64,000 bases of DNA from an uncultured Verrucomicrobiae bacterium (GTDB lineage Bacteria; Verrucomicrobiota; Verrucomicrobiia; Limisphaerales; Palsa-1400): positions 352,001-416,000 of the forward strand of contig CAVPOM010000012.1 of assembly GCA_963707025.1 (NCBI GenBank), read 5' to 3'. The stretch's first letter is position 1; the number at the start of each line of letters is the position of its first letter. Under the pieces are notes generated by a model. The model was not told the origin of the DNA. It worked only from the letters and a program-made list of their open reading frames with translations, and ran no database searches. The position numbers and the translations under genes were made by a program. Below are positions 61,124-64,000 of this stretch, piece after piece.

Positions 61124-61867
61124 ATGTCTGAAGACTACGAAGTTCAGGAAGGTGACTGCATCAGCAGCATCGCCCACGAGCATGGTTTCCTCTGGGAAAC
61201 TTTGTGGAACCATTCTGCCAACTCAGGGCTGAACCAGCAGAGGAAGGACCCGAACATCTTAATGGAGGGCGATATTGTCCACATCCCCGACAAGACTAAA
61301 AAACAAGAAAGCGGCGCCACGGAAGCGAAGCACAAGTTCAAGCTCAAGGGTGTGCCAGCCAAGCTCAAGCTCAAACTGATGCGTCCCAAGGCTGGCAGCA
61401 GCCCGCCGGACGCGCCCGCGGCGGATGGTGGCGGCGGGGGTTCCCCCTCGAATGGGGCGGATCCAGATTACAAGGCACCCAAGAACGAGGAAGAACCGAT
61501 GAAGGCAGCGCCCTACGTGTTGGAGGTGGACGGCGCGCCCGTGGCCCAGGGCACCACGGATGGCGATGGTTGCGTGGAGATTCCGATCTTGCCCGACGCG
61601 CGCGCCGGGAAGTTGATCATCAACAAGGGCAGCCCCGACGAGAAAACCATCACGCTTGACCTTGGCGGCATGGACCCAATTGATGAGGTTGCCGGTGTGC
61701 GCAAGCGTCTTGGAAACCTCGGCTATTTCTGCGATGCCGAAGGCCCGGCGGATACATCGGATCTTAAGGACGCGCTGCGAGCATTCCAGGAGCGGAACTC
61801 TCTGGACATCACCGGCAATATCGATGATGCGACCAAAAACAAGCTCAAGGAAAGCCACGGCAGCTAA
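61124..61867 (+). CDS. LysM plus peptidoglycan-binding domain protein
   Basis: YEVQEGDCISSIA…DPNILMEGDIVHIP (LysM); GVRKRLGNLGY…ALRAFQERNSLDITGNIDDAT (PG_binding_1). Confidence 0.85.
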   Translation: MSEDYEVQEGDCISSIAHEHGFLWETLWNHSANSGLNQQRKDPNILMEGDIVHIPDKTKKQESGATEAKHKFKLKGVPAKLKLKLMRPKAGSSPPDAPAADGGGGGSPSNGADPDYKAPKNEEEPMKAAPYVLEVDGAPVAQGTTDGDGCVEIPILPDARAGKLIINKGSPDEKTITLDLGGMDPIDEVAGVRKRLGNLGYFCDAEGPADTSDLKDALRAFQERNSLDITGNIDDATKNKLKESHGS

Positions 61868-61895
61868 ACCGAAATCACTCTCAAAGGATCTTTCC

Positions 61896-63758
61896 ATGCC
61901 TGTCAGCAAAATTAAGATTTCGTTCGTGAGCGTCGGCGTCGCCGATACCGCTGATATCTGGGGCGACGATACGTGGGGATTCTCGGCCAGCATCAACGGC
62001 GACTTCGTGGGCAATGTCATGGATGAGTTCACCGCCAGGGATAAGGGAATTATTGTCCTCCCCGCCAAATGGAGCGCGGAAATCGATGTCAGCCAACAAA
62101 CCAAGTTCATCTACGGTGTGAAAGTGAAGTTTGCCGTCATAAAGTTGGATGGTGTTGACAGTCTTGGAGAGGTCAGCTACGAGTTCAAATACCCTTTTGC
62201 CAGGGGCAAAACGATCTCCATCGATTCGCCCGTGCAGCACGGCCTTTTTGCGGATCACCAATATTACACCCTCCAAGTGAGATTGGATGTGCTGGAGGTG
62301 AAGTCATTTAAACCCAAATTCGGCTCGTGGCAAAACTTCGTGAAAGCCAGCCGCCAGAACAAAAAGAGCAAGACTTTTACGACGGTCTCAGTCAATCAGG
62401 TGCTTCCCCGCGTGGAGGTTTGCCCGGTGGTTCCCAGCCCGGAGTGGCCATCCATGATGCCCAAGCGGCCCGATATCGCCATTAAATCCGGACTGTGGCC
62501 CGGCTTGGATACGCCCCAGAACGCACCCGTCACGCTTTGGCCGCTGCCGCCTCTCAACTCGACCTATAATCCTTCATTAATCCCGATCATCCCCAAGACG
62601 GACCCGGACTTCGCAAAGAAAGTGGCCAAGCTGGCGGTCACCTATTTCGAGCCGGGCGACCTCGATTTGAGCAAGCTGACTTGGAAGGTAAAGACCGGAC
62701 CGTCGGAAATCGTCGGCAGCAACAAGGGCGTCAAGATTAAACTCCTGGGGACGGGGAGTGGCGCCAGCGATCAGTTGACCGAAGTCGAGGTCCGCTGGGA
62801 TGGCCGGAATGGCCCATTGCTCGCCACCTTCCGGGCCTGGGTCGGGAACATCAAGACGGCCATGTACCGCATCAACCTCATCAATGGTCCCACCCCCGCC
62901 ACTAGCGTGGCGTTCCCGCCGCAGGATTACAAAAACCAAGTCGAGATGGCGCGCTGCCTCTACTGGCAGGCAGGCATCGCCCTGGTCCCCGATACCGACA
63001 CGACTTGTTGGGATGGCGCCACCAGGACGGATCCTTCTACTGGTGCGGCGTTGCCCCCGGGAGTGTTTATTGTGCCCGTAACCGACCCAACCTTGACAGT
63101 CAATGTGAATAATTTCGCGCCGACGCCCGCCTCGCGCTTGAACTGCCGGCCCGGCGTTCTGCACGCCGTTTACGTTTGCTCCACGCCCGCCCCCATCCGT
63201 GCGGCGGCCACCGATATACAGGGTGTTGATGGACAGGACTATGCACTCGGCGGCACTCCAAGCTCTTCGTGGGGCCTGCCCAGCGGCGTGCCCCCCGACG
63301 ACCCGGCCGGAACCCTCACGATGAAGACGTTCGCCTCAAGCAATCGTCCATCCAAAAAAGCCGTGGGAGACGATGCTTACGTGACGGCGCGGCACGCCGT
63401 TGATCCGAGTTTCACCGCCGCTTCGATGGCAAAGATCTACGCAGCGGTGTTGCCTTCCGCCTGGACAACCGTTTTCGGGTCGGGCACCGACCCCAATGCC
63501 GGCGTCAACGTAGGTCACGAATTGGGCCATGTCCTTGGCCTCATGCACCGCGGCCACACCAATCAGAGTAAGAAAGGTCCGTTTGGTTCCGATGATAAGA
63601 TCGACTGTATGGGCATGGACGGCGTGGCGCGCGGACATCCATGGCACGAGAACATCATGACCTACGGCTACGCGGGAAATACCGGCGGCGTCACGCGCGC
63701 GCAGGACATTGACCTCCTCCAAACGGCGGTCATCCGCAAACACCCTGCCTGCAAGTGA
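61896..63758 (+). CDS. Putative zinc metalloprotease (metzincin), candidate effector
   Basis: HELGHVLGLMH (HExxHxxGxxH) and ENIMTY Met-turn; no signal peptide. Confidence 0.8.
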   Translation: MPVSKIKISFVSVGVADTADIWGDDTWGFSASINGDFVGNVMDEFTARDKGIIVLPAKWSAEIDVSQQTKFIYGVKVKFAVIKLDGVDSLGEVSYEFKYPFARGKTISIDSPVQHGLFADHQYYTLQVRLDVLEVKSFKPKFGSWQNFVKASRQNKKSKTFTTVSVNQVLPRVEVCPVVPSPEWPSMMPKRPDIAIKSGLWPGLDTPQNAPVTLWPLPPLNSTYNPSLIPIIPKTDPDFAKKVAKLAVTYFEPGDLDLSKLTWKVKTGPSEIVGSNKGVKIKLLGTGSGASDQLTEVEVRWDGRNGPLLATFRAWVGNIKTAMYRINLINGPTPATSVAFPPQDYKNQVEMARCLYWQAGIALVPDTDTTCWDGATRTDPSTGAALPPGVFIVPVTDPTLTVNVNNFAPTPASRLNCRPGVLHAVYVCSTPAPIRAAATDIQGVDGQDYALGGTPSSSWGLPSGVPPDDPAGTLTMKTFASSNRPSKKAVGDDAYVTARHAVDPSFTAASMAKIYAAVLPSAWTTVFGSGTDPNAGVNVGHELGHVLGLMHRGHTNQSKKGPFGSDDKIDCMGMDGVARGHPWHENIMTYGYAGNTGGVTRAQDIDLLQTAVIRKHPACK

Positions 63759-63767
63759 ATTCAGCCC

Positions 63768-64000
63768 ATGCCTAAGGACGCTTCCATTTTTCAAACCTCG
63801 AGAGATCCAAAGTTGCTCGTGGACACCGCGGTTGAATTCGCCGCCAGCGAGCAGGCGTCCGACCAGGTGACCCTGGCCGGGGTGCTCAACTCGCCTGACT
63901 TTTTGCAACGTCTGAACACTCCGCACGAGTACGACACCCTGATCACCAAGCAGTTGAGAGTGGCCAGGGTGATCAGGGCTTTGCGCGACAGTCCGCACGA
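63768..64000 (+). CDS. Hypothetical protein, truncated by window end; possible immunity partner
   Basis: ATG 9 nt after the protease stop; open frame MPKDASIFQTSRDPKLLVDTAVEFAASEQ… runs to the edge. Confidence 0.65.
   Translation, partial: MPKDASIFQTSRDPKLLVDTAVEFAASEQASDQVTLAGVLNSPDFLQRLNTPHEYDTLITKQLRVARVIRALRDSPH

Noticed and set aside
46795..64000. PAAR gene
   Set aside because: No PAAR or DUF4150-type motif seen in any ORF; it may lie beyond the window
1..64000. rRNA or tRNA genes
   Set aside because: No recognisable rRNA segments or tRNA cloverleaf/T-loop signatures in the intergenic regions

Overview
GC-rich bacterial window, probably from Verrucomicrobiota or another PVC lineage (inferred from protein style, e.g. 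a C-terminal ...QFYRA sorting-type tail; no marker gene is present). The first 14 kb is housekeeping and accessory DNA. It holds a complete IS3-family element (504-1980, 3-bp GTA target duplication) inserted in the 3' end of a TPR lipoprotein gene, a Tat-type Gfo/Idh/MocA oxidoreductase and a phosphohexomutase that has lost its catalytic residues. It also holds an orphan nuoA, an Xre/MbcA antitoxin whose RES toxin is internally deleted, and a MoxR-DUF58-transglutaminase operon. From about 16.5 kb to the end lies one co-oriented type VI secretion locus of more than 47 kb with tssJ-like, K, L, M, A, B, C, hcp, tagJ, E, F, G, clpV and vgrG; no PAAR gene is in the window. Its architecture is unusual. 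It contains a giant Ig-repeat surface protein, a pseudokinase-TM-repeat-FGE (TagR-like) fusion, an embedded two-partner secretion pair, an Fha-C-like protein without an FHA domain, a TagF-TM-Ig-FGE fusion, and a TssG about twice normal size with a tandem helical insert and four CxxC motifs. Candidate effectors are a phage-type lysozyme and a metzincin protease. Six T6SS-locus genes carry single-base frameshifts at G/C positions or short runs, most likely assembly errors. All family calls come from motif recognition by eye; no searches were run.
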